Origin: Candidatus Zhuqueibacterota bacterium
GTDB taxonomy: Bacteria; Zhuqueibacterota; Zhuqueibacteria; Thermofontimicrobiales; Thermofontimicrobiaceae
Assembly: GCA_049322915.1 (NCBI GenBank)
Contig: JBMOPW010000012.1
Coordinates: 1 to 64,000 of the forward strand
Direction of reading: 5' to 3'
DNA length: 64,000 nt
Shown: positions 39,772 to 49,755 of the stretch, in pieces
Numbering within the stretch: the first letter of the stretch is position 1
Layout: each line of letters opens with the position of its first letter
Position numbers and translations under genes: made by a program
Notes under the pieces: generated by a model
Told to the model about the DNA's origin: nothing
Databases searched by the model: none
The model's input: the letters and a program-made list of their open reading frames with translations, nothing else

Positions 39772-41280
39772 ATGAAATTTTCTCCCAAACATTCCTTGAC
39801 GGATTCTGAACTTCAGGCTGGTTTGCGCTTCGTTGTCTACGATGGACTGGCATCCCAGGCCATGATCACTTTGACCAGCGGTGTTTTTCTGGTGGATTTT
39901 GCGCTTCAATTGGGCGCTTCGAATACCATCATCGGCTTGTTAGCTGCAATTCCGCCAATCACGCAACTGATCCAGATACCATCGGTTTATCTGGTGGAGC
40001 ATTATCAGAACCGCCGCAAAATTGCGGTCTATTCCGCGGCGCTGAGCCGGTTCTTTCTGCTGCTCATGGCGCTCATTCCGTTTTTTTTCAAATCAAATCT
40101 GGCGCTGGCCATGTTGTCCGGCGCCCTCATCGGCCATACCTCGTTGAATGCAGTGCTGGTGTGCTCGTGGAATTCCTGGATGCGCGACCTGGTGCCGCAG
40201 GACATTCTGGGCTCGTTCTTCTCCAAGCGCATCGCCTTTTCGCTGATCCCGGCGATCACGCTCAGCCTGGCAGCCGGCTTTTTCATTGACAACTGGAATG
40301 CCTTCTTCCCCGGGGACATTATTTTCAGCTATTCGGTTCTGTTCATTCTGGGCTTTGTCGCCGGCATGATCGGCGCAGCCATCATCGCTCGGATCCCGGA
40401 GCCGCTCATGGCCCGGTCGAAACAAAAACCCCAACTCTCCAAACTCATCAAGCAGCCTTTCAGGGATAAAAATTTCAAAAACCTGATCATATTTCTGGGC
40501 GCATGGAATTTCGCTGTCAATCTGGCGGCCCCGTTTTTCACCGTGTACATGCTAAAAAACCTCGAACTGGAGATGTCCTTTGTCATCGGATTTACCGTGG
40601 TGAGTCAACTGGCAAACATGGGGTTTTTGAGGGTATGGGGAAAATTGTCGGATCGCTTCAGCAACAAGCCGCTGCTGGCGCTGAGCGGAATCACGTTCAT
40701 TCTGTGCATTCTGGGATGGACATTCACGACCATGCCGGATAAGCACCAGTTCACCCTGCCGTTGCTCGCGGTGCTGCACATTTTTATGGGAATCGCCACG
40801 GCCGGCGTGGGACTGGCAGGCGGCAACATCGGACTGAAATTAGCGCCGCGCGGAAAAGCGACGTCCTACCTGGCGGCTAATAGCTTCATCAACTCGCTGG
40901 CTGCTGGAATCGCGCCGATTATTGGCGGCGGTTTCGTGGATTTCTTTGAGAAGCGGGAATTGTCCTGGACGCTCAAATGGACCAGCCCCGAAGGAATACT
41001 ATCGATCCAGACGCTGAATCTGCGCGGCTTCGACTTCTTCTTCTTCCTCGCTTTTCTCATCGGGCTTTATTCATTGCACAGGCTGGCGTTTGTCCGCGAA
41101 GTCGGCGAAGTCAGGGAGAAGGTCATTATCGAAGAAATTTTTGCCGGCGCCACCCGGCGGGTGCGCAATCTATCCTCGGTCGGCGGACTGCGGTATCTGG
41201 CTCAGCTCCCCACAACGCTATTCAAAAGCCGAACCCGGCAGGACGGCTCGAAAAAGAGACCCGGGCGCTCCACAAAGTGA
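39772..41280 (+). CDS. MFS transporter
   Basis: About 12 TM segments; W..WM.DLVP....G.FFS.R and WGKLSDRFSNK MFS motifs. Confidence 0.85.
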   Translation: MKFSPKHSLTDSELQAGLRFVVYDGLASQAMITLTSGVFLVDFALQLGASNTIIGLLAAIPPITQLIQIPSVYLVEHYQNRRKIAVYSAALSRFFLLLMALIPFFFKSNLALAMLSGALIGHTSLNAVLVCSWNSWMRDLVPQDILGSFFSKRIAFSLIPAITLSLAAGFFIDNWNAFFPGDIIFSYSVLFILGFVAGMIGAAIIARIPEPLMARSKQKPQLSKLIKQPFRDKNFKNLIIFLGAWNFAVNLAAPFFTVYMLKNLELEMSFVIGFTVVSQLANMGFLRVWGKLSDRFSNKPLLALSGITFILCILGWTFTTMPDKHQFTLPLLAVLHIFMGIATAGVGLAGGNIGLKLAPRGKATSYLAANSFINSLAAGIAPIIGGGFVDFFEKRELSWTLKWTSPEGILSIQTLNLRGFDFFFFLAFLIGLYSLHRLAFVREVGEVREKVIIEEIFAGATRRVRNLSSVGGLRYLAQLPTTLFKSRTRQDGSKKRPGRSTK

Positions 41281-41366
41281 GGCGATGGCCGGGCGCATGG
41301 GACGATAGGGAAAGACGTCGGACCGCTTTCGCCGCCGCGGTCGTTCGATCCCGGTAGCGTCGCCTG

Positions 41367-42272
41367 TCAGGCAGCCAGCAATTTCTCCACATCCGACCGC
41401 GTGGGCATCGATGGCTGAGCGCCCATTTTGGTCACAGACAGCGCCGCAACGGCGTTGGCAAATCGCACGGCTGAGGGCAACTTCTGCCCTTCAGCCAGGG
41501 CCACCGCCAGCCCGGCATTGAACGCGTCGCCGGCAGCCGTGGTGTCCACCGCCTTCATTTTCCATGTCGGAACTTCTCCGCTCTCGTCCGCGGATTGGAA
41601 GAACGCTCCCTGTTCGCCCAGCGTGAGCACAACTGTCCCAACACCCTTTCGCCGGAGCGCCTCCGCGATTGCGGTCAACTGCATCGCCGGCAGCGACGTC
41701 ATGGCCGCGGCTTCTGTCTCGTTCGGCGTGATGACTGAAATAGCGCCGAAAAAATCCTGCGGCAGTTCGTGCGCCGGCGCCGGATTGAGAATGACCGCTG
41801 CATTGGCGCGTCGGCCCGTCTTGAGAATGTACCCCACGGTCTCCAGCGGAATTTCCAATTGGATGAGAATGACGTCCGAGGTCTCCAGAGCAGGCCTCAG
41901 TTTTTCAAGATCAGAGACCGTCAACCGGGCGTTTGCCCCGGGCACGACGACGATTCGGTTCTGTCCGCGTTCGTCCACTTCAATCAGCGCCACGCCGGTG
42001 GGCGCCTGTTCATCCTGCAGAATGAAATCCGGCGCAATGCCATACCGGAGCTGATTTTCGCGCGCCTGTTGGCCGAACTGGTCAGCTCCGATTTTCGTGA
42101 TGAACCGTACGTCTCCGCCCAATCGGGCAACTCCCACAGCCTGATTGGCGCCTTTGCCGCCGTGGAAAATCTGAAACGCCTCGCCGATCACGGTCTCCCC
42201 CGTTGCCGGGAGCCGCTTTGCCTTTGCCACCAGATCGATGTTGGTGCTGCCAATGACGGTTATCTTCGACAC
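41367..42272 (-). CDS. rbsK: Ribokinase
   Basis: GS.N.DLV, GGKGANQA, QLEIP, NPAPA, PNETEA, DTTAAGDAFN; GTG start with AAGGAG RBS. Confidence 0.95.
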   Translation of the reverse strand: MSKITVIGSTNIDLVAKAKRLPATGETVIGEAFQIFHGGKGANQAVGVARLGGDVRFITKIGADQFGQQARENQLRYGIAPDFILQDEQAPTGVALIEVDERGQNRIVVVPGANARLTVSDLEKLRPALETSDVILIQLEIPLETVGYILKTGRRANAAVILNPAPAHELPQDFFGAISVITPNETEAAAMTSLPAMQLTAIAEALRRKGVGTVVLTLGEQGAFFQSADESGEVPTWKMKAVDTTAAGDAFNAGLAVALAEGQKLPSAVRFANAVAALSVTKMGAQPSMPTRSDVEKLLAA

Positions 42273-42573
42273 TCGAATTGCTCCTTCTCTTTTCAACCTG
42301 GTTCTGAAATATCAGGCGCCCCCATGGATAAAAAAACCTCCTGGTCTGTTTTGAAAAAGTCGACGCCGCTCACCGCGCTGGCGCTGTCTTTATTTCAAAA
42401 ATCACTCCCGGAGGTTACTCGGATTTACAAATGAGAATCCACCCCATTATTTTGTTTCTGTCTGTAAATTTCAAGTGAAAAGTGTACCATTGTATTAATT
42501 GAAAAGTATACCAGTGGATTAACAATGTGCCCAATACTCACTGTATTGGATACGGGCACTACACCTGGGAGGC

Positions 42574-42680
42574 GAAGGGGAACATCTGTTCTCCCTCGCC
42601 TGTTAAGCACCCATATCTTTTCTAACGCAGAGGTCGCAGAGACCGCAGAGGTACGCAGCATTTTGGTATTGAAAAAAAGC
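42574..42680. repeat. Second copy of the 27782-27887 composite repeat
   Basis: Shares ACCCATATCTTTTCTAACGCAGAG...ACCGCAGAGGTAC...TTTTGGTATTGAAAAAAAGC, with one extra 9-bp GTCGCAGAG unit. Confidence 0.8.
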
Positions 42681-42774
42681 AACTACTCAGGTTTCAAGGT
42701 TTATGGTTTCGGGTTAAAGAGAATTTTCGTCGCTATCCAGGCATGTAGTCTTGCCACGAAGTTTCGAACAGACG

Positions 42775-43719
42775 CTATTTGGCGTTTTCAGCCGCCAGCA
42801 AAATTGCGCCGACAACGCCGGCGTCGTTGCCCAGCGATGCTTTGATCACTTTCAATTTCCGGGCGATCGCTTTGATGGCGTGTTTCTTCACTTCATTTTC
42901 GATGCAGGAGATGAATTCCGGGCCGGCCTCGGAGACGCCGCCGCCAATGATGACAATATCCGGATCGATGACGTTGACGATGCTGGCGATTCCCACGCCC
43001 AGATATTCGCACGCCTCCTGTATGGTTTGTTTGGCCAGGTCTTCATTCATGGCCGCCTTGTGGAAAATATACTCCGTGGATAAATCGGCGATTTTGTATT
43101 CCACGCCGGTGCGCTTCAACTTTCTTCGATACCGTTTCACCATGGCCGGCGCCGACGCATAGGCCTCGAGACAGCCGCGATTCCCGCAGTTGCACGGGCG
43201 TCCCTTAAAAACAACGATCACGTGTCCCACCTCGGCTGCGGAATGATGCGCGCCGCGGAGGAGCTGGTGATTCAGAATGATCCCGCCGCCAATGCCTGTG
43301 CCCAACGTCAAAAACAGCGCATTGGGATAGCCTTTACCGGCGCCCACACGCGCCTCTGCCAGCGCCACCACATTGGCGTCGTTATCTGCCCAGGTTGTGA
43401 TGTTGAAACGCGCTTCGATATTCTTTTTGATGGGCGCGTCGGTCCAGGACTGGATATTCGGCGTGCTGTCGATCAACTGGCCTTTTTCGAAATGGATGCT
43501 CCCCGGACTGCCGACGCCAATGGCCGTCACGGTCTCATTCTGCTTTGCCGCTTCGCTCAGCAGCTCTTCAATCCCGGCATATATATTTTTAAAAATCGTT
43601 GACTGATCCCTGTCCGCCATCGATGGTCTGCTCAATTTTTTTATCAATTCTCCTGATCGCGTGCCCAGCGCATACTTTAAATTTGTCCCGCCTAAATCTA
43701 AGCCAATGAATAAACCCAT
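42775..43719 (-). CDS. ROK family sugar kinase (glucokinase-like)
   Basis: DLGGT, GSPG, DNDAN, GTGIGGG, E.GH, CNCGNRGCLE. Confidence 0.92.
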   Translation of the reverse strand: MGLFIGLDLGGTNLKYALGTRSGELIKKLSRPSMADRDQSTIFKNIYAGIEELLSEAAKQNETVTAIGVGSPGSIHFEKGQLIDSTPNIQSWTDAPIKKNIEARFNITTWADNDANVVALAEARVGAGKGYPNALFLTLGTGIGGGIILNHQLLRGAHHSAAEVGHVIVVFKGRPCNCGNRGCLEAYASAPAMVKRYRRKLKRTGVEYKIADLSTEYIFHKAAMNEDLAKQTIQEACEYLGVGIASIVNVIDPDIVIIGGGVSEAGPEFISCIENEVKKHAIKAIARKLKVIKASLGNDAGVVGAILLAAENAK

Positions 43720-43864
43720 GCAAATCACCTTTTATTTTATGCACGAAACGTGTTTCCAGATGTCCAGCAATTCTGGAGTTGACTATACGGTGAGGCCAAG
43801 TCCTCCATCCAACAGGCGCAGCAGCCACGTGGAAGACGCCCGCAGCCTCATTTTTTTGGGGATT

Positions 43865-43893
43865 AATTTAGTTTAAATTAGTAAATAATGCAA
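43865..43893 (-). promoter_or_regulatory. Putative promoter of the ROK kinase gene
   Basis: TTGCAT-N17-TAAATT on the minus strand. Confidence 0.45.
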
Positions 43894-44101
43894 GTCATTT
43901 TTTCGATGCAGGTTGACTGGCTGAGGCTTTGGAAAAACGATCCATGAAAGCGTGGACAGGCGATAAAAGATCGGCGTCACTCTGAGCGGAACAGCCGTAT
44001 TGCCGGAACGCGATGTTCAAAAACCGGCGCTGAAGCCGGAGTGCCCCGGCCCGGACCACCGCAGCCAGCGACAGGCCAGGGTTTTCCCGTTGGTGGATGC
44101 G

Positions 44102-45673
44102 TTACTGCATGCGCATCAGTTGATTGCGGAGAGCGAATAAATCGCCCTCGAATTCGAGACCGCGGGCGCGGGCAGTCAATCCCCGGTATATTTTTTTGAG
44201 AAGCGCATAGTGCCCGGCAAATTGCGGCCTCGGCGATTTACGCTGATCTTCCTGGAGTTTAATGAACGGCGTCACCACCTGGCGCAGTGGCAGACCCGGC
44301 GCCGCTTCTTTTTTGTAAACCCAGGCCGCATGCAGCGCAGCGCCCAGGGCAGCGCCCTCGCCTTCGACAGGGACCACCGTGGCGTTGAAAACATCGGCGA
44401 TGGTCTGGCGCCAGACATCGGATTTTGCCAGACCGCCGGTCAGGCGTATCTCCCCCGGCTGCACCGGCATGCGCTGAAACCCGTCGTATAGATTGAGCAC
44501 ATGCCCTTCCAGCACAGCGCGGCAAAGGAATTCCGGCGTGAACTCATCCAGGCCGAAACCGAAATAGATCGGCGCAGCCAGCGGAATGTCCGGCGTGCGC
44601 TCGCCCGAGTACCACGGGACAAGAATCCGGCCGCGGCAGCCGACCGGCGTCAGGTTCGCCACTTCATTGAATTGCTCATGGGTCAGGCAGAATTGCTGCA
44701 GGATGGCATTGTATCCGTTGGCCAGATTGGACACGCACAACAGCGGCAAGTAGTGGCCGGTGCTATCGCAGAAAGCGCCAATCTCCCCGGCCGGGTCGAT
44801 GAATGCATGCTCCAGAAATGTGTACGCAGTGCCGCTTGTGCCCAGGCTGATCGTCACAATCCCCGGTTCGACATTGCCGGTGCCCACTGCGCCGTACATG
44901 TTATCGCCGCAGCCGGCGTCGATGGCGCAGTTCGGATCAAAGCCGAATTTGCCCGCCAGCGCGCCGGAAATTCGCCCGATGAATCGGTCCGAAGGGGAAA
45001 TCGGCGGGAGCTTTGCCGACAGATCCGGGGCCATGGCAGCCAGGAGCGCCTGGGACCACGCGCGTTTTTCCGGATGCCACAGCGCCATGCCGGACGCATC
45101 GCCCGGCTCCATGGCGCGCACGCCGCCGGTCAAATACCAGTTCACAAAATTATGGACGAGAAACAGCGTGGCGGTTCGCCTGTAATTCTCCGGCTCATGC
45201 CGGATGAGATGAAATATCTTCGCCGCTGTGTAGCCGGTCCGCTGGGTATTGCCGGCCTCGGCGATCATGGCGTCTTTTCCGCCGACAGCCACTGTGAGCA
45301 AATCGCATTCCTCCCCGGTCGAAAAGTCATTCCACAATTTGCTGGTGCGCCGGGACAGATTGCCATCCGCATCCAGCGCCACCAGACCATGCTGCTGCCC
45401 GGAAACGGACATGGCTTTTATGGCGGCCGGATTCACCGCAGAAAGCCTGAGCCGCTGAAAAAGCATGTTCAGCGCATCGATCCACATGTAGGGATTTGAT
45501 TCGGAAACGCCCTGGGCCAGCCCCTGAATGACGCCGTTCGACGTGTGGTAGTGAGGCAAATCCGTGTCGTAGTTCACCTGGTCAGCGTACACGACCGACT
45601 TTTCAGTCAGATCAATAATGACGAGCTTGCAGCTCTGGGTCGAACAATCGATTCCGGCAAATAATTCACTCAC
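44102..45673 (-). CDS. xylB: FGGY family kinase, probable xylulokinase
   Basis: GID.STQS.K, SGQQHGLV, KLWND, GDN..GA.G.G, SLGTSG, GERTP, TGG...S..W.Q. Confidence 0.85.
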   Translation of the reverse strand: MSELFAGIDCSTQSCKLVIIDLTEKSVVYADQVNYDTDLPHYHTSNGVIQGLAQGVSESNPYMWIDALNMLFQRLRLSAVNPAAIKAMSVSGQQHGLVALDADGNLSRRTSKLWNDFSTGEECDLLTVAVGGKDAMIAEAGNTQRTGYTAAKIFHLIRHEPENYRRTATLFLVHNFVNWYLTGGVRAMEPGDASGMALWHPEKRAWSQALLAAMAPDLSAKLPPISPSDRFIGRISGALAGKFGFDPNCAIDAGCGDNMYGAVGTGNVEPGIVTISLGTSGTAYTFLEHAFIDPAGEIGAFCDSTGHYLPLLCVSNLANGYNAILQQFCLTHEQFNEVANLTPVGCRGRILVPWYSGERTPDIPLAAPIYFGFGLDEFTPEFLCRAVLEGHVLNLYDGFQRMPVQPGEIRLTGGLAKSDVWRQTIADVFNATVVPVEGEGAALGAALHAAWVYKKEAAPGLPLRQVVTPFIKLQEDQRKSPRPQFAGHYALLKKIYRGLTARARGLEFEGDLFALRNQLMRMQ

Positions 45674-46038
45674 GTTGGCATCCTTTGTTTTTCAAATGGG
45701 AACAGAAATTTATTTTTAATTTTTGGGCTTTGGCCTATTATTCGAGTGGACACTAAAATGAAAAAGCCATGCCGGCCAAACACCCGGTCAAATACGGTGA
45801 AGTGTTGCGGCGGTAGATATCCCCGTCGTATTGTCATCCAAAACGTCGCTGCCACCCGGCGGAAAAAGTACATGGGAAATATAACACGGGATACTATTAA
45901 AAGTCAACAAGAAAATACAGACAGCATGCAGCGCCTGAACATGATTCTGTCTATCTGACCCGGCGTTCGTCGTCGACCGCGTTTCCATGACTCACTTCTT
46001 TTCGTTGGGTTCCATCCAGGAATATCTCCAAAAATGAC

Positions 46039-46066
46039 TTGACATTTTACGAATTTATTTTATATT
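46039..46066 (+). promoter_or_regulatory. sigma70-type promoter facing the cassette array (Pc-like position)
   Basis: TTGACA-N16-TATATT. Confidence 0.6.
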
Positions 46067-46080
46067 CATGTTCATACATG

Positions 46081-46185
46081 CCTGTCCAACATTCATGGCT
46101 CTTTCCCGCCCTGAAAAAGCTATCGGCTCTGACACACGTACTGAGCTTTTTTCAAAGCGACACAGGGATTTTGAATGTTGGCAGG
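46081..46185 (+). other. Long rod-like hairpin immediately downstream of the promoter (candidate ncRNA or leader)
   Basis: CCTG(T)CCAACATTCA pairs with TGAATGTTGGCAGG; inner TGAAAAAGCT pairs with AGCTTTTTTCA. Confidence 0.45.
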
Positions 46186-46562
46186 ATTTGGTTCCATTAT
46201 TAAACTATCTTTCTGTATATCATACTTTTTTGGGCGTTATGCGGTCTGTCTAATCTCCTGAGACAAAGAAAACCATTTCACAAAAGGCGCTGTTTCTATT
46301 GTTGTTTCGGGATGCAGTCTTAGCTTGTTTAGGGATGTTATGCAGAAAGTGTATAGTCACTTGTTCCGCGCGACGGCGTCGCGCGGAATCGCGGCGCTGA
46401 CTTCGTTAGTGCCATGTTCCCCCGCGCTGACGCGCGGCGGAACAAGGCACTTGACCCGACTGCGCGCGCTGTCTGTCCGTCCAGCAAGCGGGACTCCCAG
46501 CCAGCGTGCTCGCGGGTCAGCGCCGCGATTAGGCACCAGGATTGAAGGTAAAAGGTAATGCT

Positions 46563-48356
46563 ATGATTAAAAATGTGAAAATTGAGAACTTTAAAATTTT
46601 TAAATCAATTGAGACTGACATAAAAAATTTCACTGTTTTAATGGGTGAGAATGGATGTGGAAAAACGACTATATTGCAGGCAATTGCGCTTGGACTTAGG
46701 ATTTTCAGCTCAACTGATTTAATCAAATACGACAAGACAAGAAAAACGGTAAGATTTAGACCGAAGGGTGTTCCTTATCCTCAGCTACCAGGTTTTAATC
46801 TTGAAGATATTACAGAGATATTTTACTCCAAACAAGCTCGTGGTGGCTCTGGTGGGGGTGTTACCCCGATTAAGATCGAACTGACCGATAATGACGGCAA
46901 TGTTTATAAATTGAATATCACCTCTCTCTTTGGAGCATATACAACAAAATGTGAATCTAAGAAAAACGACTTTGTCGCGTATCCATCTTTGATTGACTGT
47001 AATCCCCTATTTATTTCTGGTTTTGTGGGAATCACCACAGCTGAAGAAAGATTATTTCCTCGAGTAATTCAAGATAGAATGATACGAGGTCAAGCAAGCA
47101 GCATTTTACGAAATCTTTTATTAGATTTAAAGGAAAATGAACCTAATAAATTTGAACGAATGAAAGATAAAATCGAGAAATTTTTTAACTTCAATCTAGG
47201 AATGATCGATTTTAATCAAGATAGGGATATATTCGTTCATGCAAAATTCACTGAAAAAATCGGTCCCAGAAAAATCGCTTTAGATTTATCATCTTCTGGG
47301 AGTGGTTTTTTGCAAGCACTTCAAATATTAACATCCATCTATTTATTTTCAGACAAATCAAAAGTTGTATTACTTGATGAGCCTGACGCTCATCTTCATC
47401 CAAATCTCCAAAGAATAACAGCACAGTTACTACAAGAGATTTCAAATGAAGAAAATCTTCAAATAATAATATCGACTCATTCTACACCAATTATCAGAGA
47501 AGTAGATCCATCATCAATTCTTCCAGTTTCCTCAAAGAAAAGCAGCCTGGCTTACCTAAAATCTGATGAAGAGATGGAATCAGAAATATTACTAAGGCTA
47601 GATAACTTCGAAAAAGCAAAAGCAAGCATTGCAGGGAAGATTTTTTTTGTAGAGGACAGAAATATTAAAATACTTAGAAAGCTTGATACATTATTAGAAA
47701 CCTACTTAATTGACGGCATTAATGCGGTTCCTCTAATAAGAGCAAACGGTAAAGATGATAAGATACCTTTTAGGATAAAAGGTCCGTTGGAAGCTATCAC
47801 AGGCACAAATATCGATGTCTATTTTTTAAGAGATAGTGATGGCATCAGTGACGAATGGAAAAAGAAAATAACAGATTACGCCAAAGATAATGATGTAAAT
47901 TTATTTTTACTGAATTGTCACGAGATGGAAAGTTACTTAATAAACCCAAAGGTCATTTCAGGGGTTTTATCCGAATTGTCAGTCAATCTTTCAGAAGAAG
48001 AGGTTAAATCAATTTTGGTTAAAATAATGAAAGATGTAATAGCAATGTCTAGATATGGTTTTGATAATACGTTGGCAAATGTGATTAATAATACTGCAAG
48101 ACTACTCAATGAACACGATTTTAAAATGCAAGATGCACAAAGAGAAGCAGCTGATATTAGAGGAAAGTATGAAAATATGAATGAATTTGAAGCACTTGCT
48201 AGGGTAGCTCCTGCAAAAGAGACATTAAAAGAATTTTTTAAAAAAATAAATGAGGAATATAAAATTCAAATTACATCTTCTCAATTATTATCAAGACTAT
48301 CTGCTGATGATATTGATAACGATTTAAAAGAATTTTTAAGGCAGATAAAGGCCTAA
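46563..48356 (+). CDS. OLD-like ABC/AAA ATPase fused to a TOPRIM-like domain (putative defence nuclease)
   Basis: IENFK, Walker A GENGCGKTT, signature LSSSGSG, Walker B LLDEPDAHLHP, ISTHS; TOPRIM-like FFVED, RDSD, EMESYL; strongly AT-rich. Confidence 0.78.
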   Translation: MIKNVKIENFKIFKSIETDIKNFTVLMGENGCGKTTILQAIALGLRIFSSTDLIKYDKTRKTVRFRPKGVPYPQLPGFNLEDITEIFYSKQARGGSGGGVTPIKIELTDNDGNVYKLNITSLFGAYTTKCESKKNDFVAYPSLIDCNPLFISGFVGITTAEERLFPRVIQDRMIRGQASSILRNLLLDLKENEPNKFERMKDKIEKFFNFNLGMIDFNQDRDIFVHAKFTEKIGPRKIALDLSSSGSGFLQALQILTSIYLFSDKSKVVLLDEPDAHLHPNLQRITAQLLQEISNEENLQIIISTHSTPIIREVDPSSILPVSSKKSSLAYLKSDEEMESEILLRLDNFEKAKASIAGKIFFVEDRNIKILRKLDTLLETYLIDGINAVPLIRANGKDDKIPFRIKGPLEAITGTNIDVYFLRDSDGISDEWKKKITDYAKDNDVNLFLLNCHEMESYLINPKVISGVLSELSVNLSEEEVKSILVKIMKDVIAMSRYGFDNTLANVINNTARLLNEHDFKMQDAQREAADIRGKYENMNEFEALARVAPAKETLKEFFKKINEEYKIQITSSQLLSRLSADDIDNDLKEFLRQIKA

Positions 48357-48407
48357 CGAATGTTTCCAGCTGACGTTACCTCTGACACCACCAAAACAGG
48401 TTCATTA

Positions 48408-48579
48408 ATGAAATATAACCACATCGGAATTCCAACTTCAGACCGATTCGAGGGCGAAATTGACCTGCCGCATTTGAAAATCACGGTGAGCGACCACACC
48501 AATAATCCTTTCGGAATCCAGTGGATGGGGTACAGGGAGGATTCGCCGTACCCTGAACTGGTCAAAACCGTCCCGCACG
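48408..48579 (+). pseudogene. Truncated VOC/glyoxalase-like small protein
   Basis: MKYNHIGIPT...PFGIQW...PELVKTVPH stops where the following VAFEV motif is expected and runs into attC-like sequence. Confidence 0.6.
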
Positions 48580-48706
48580 ATTGGGATTCTGCGCCCTCCC
48601 AAGCTTTTTTCTGGCTGGACGACTCCGACGTCCCCGCCCCAGCGCAGGTAACGCAAGCCGTTGGGCAGTAAAGAAATAAATTCGAACCCGTAAGGAGGTT
48701 TTCACT

Positions 48707-49453
48707 ATGGACATTCCAAGGATCTTCAACATCACCGAAAGTGCGCATCGCATCCACAACCCGTTCACGCCCGAGAAACTGGCTACTCTTGGCGCGGCGT
48801 TGCGTATAGAACCGGGGACTAGTGTCCTTGACCTCGGTAGCGGCTCGGGCGAGATGCTGTGTACTTGGGCACGCGATCATGGGATAGTCGGCGCCGGCGT
48901 AGATATGAGCCAATTGTTCACCAAACAGGCGAGGCACCGCGCTGAAGAGCTCGGTGTCGCTGATCGAGTCAAGTTCATCCACGGCGATGCCGCCGGCTAT
49001 GTTTCTGACGAGAAGGTCGGGATCGCGGCCTGTGTCGGGGCCACATGGATCGGCGGAGGTGTAGCCGGAACAATCGAGCTTCTGAAGCGGAGCTTACTTG
49101 ACGGAGGAACCATCCTCATCGGCGAGCCCTTCTGGCGTCAGATGCCGCCGACAGAAGATGTCGCCAGGGAGTGCCATGCACACTCGATCTCCGACTATCT
49201 CCTGCTTCCTGAACTTCTCGCATCCATCGGCCACCTTGGCTACGATGTTGTGGAAATGGTCCTCGCCGATCAGAACGGCTGGGACAGATACGAAGCGGCC
49301 AAATGGCTCACAATGCGCCGATGGCTTGAAGCCAATCCCGACGACGAGATGGCCAAAGAGGTTCGCTCCCAACTGACCTCGGAACCCGAGCGCTACTCCA
49401 CCTACACGCGTGAATACCAGGGCTGGGGGGTGTTCGCGCTGATGCTGCGATGA
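48707..49453 (+). CDS. yjhP: Class I SAM-dependent methyltransferase, YjhP-like
   Basis: MDIPRIF.I.ES.HRIHNPFT.EK, LDLGSGSGEMLCTWARDHG, WDRYEAAKWLTMRRWLEANPDD, recognised as close to E. coli YjhP. Confidence 0.88.
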   Translation: MDIPRIFNITESAHRIHNPFTPEKLATLGAALRIEPGTSVLDLGSGSGEMLCTWARDHGIVGAGVDMSQLFTKQARHRAEELGVADRVKFIHGDAAGYVSDEKVGIAACVGATWIGGGVAGTIELLKRSLLDGGTILIGEPFWRQMPPTEDVARECHAHSISDYLLLPELLASIGHLGYDVVEMVLADQNGWDRYEAAKWLTMRRWLEANPDDEMAKEVRSQLTSEPERYSTYTREYQGWGVFALMLR

Positions 49454-49626
49454 TAAGGGGATGAGCGGGCGACTTAGAAAGTGGAGAAAATCCAATCATG
49501 CCTAACCCTATCGTTGGCTGAACTCCGCTTTTACAGCACTAATCTAAGAAAAATATTATTATGACACACCCTAAAAAACGCCCGCCGTCCGTGTCGGGCT
49601 AATGAGAAGAAAACGGGAAGGTATCA

Positions 49627-49743
49627 ATGCTGAACCAAAACCCTGAGCAGATCGCACGAGACAATATTGATAATCAACTTATTGCTTGCGGTTGGGTCGT
49701 ACAAAACAAATCACAGATAAACATCAATGCTGGTCCCGGGGTG
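49627..49743 (+). pseudogene. hsdR: N-terminal fragment of type I restriction subunit R (HsdR)
   Basis: NQNPEQIARDNID..L..CGWVVQ....IN..AGPGV is a typical HsdR N-terminus; only about 39 codons remain. Confidence 0.6.
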
Positions 49744-49755
49744 TCGGAAATAAAA

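Noticed and set aside
45746..46030. Possible integron integrase remnant upstream of the cassette array
   Set aside because: No tyrosine recombinase motifs (HxxRH, catalytic Tyr region) in the listed short ORFs
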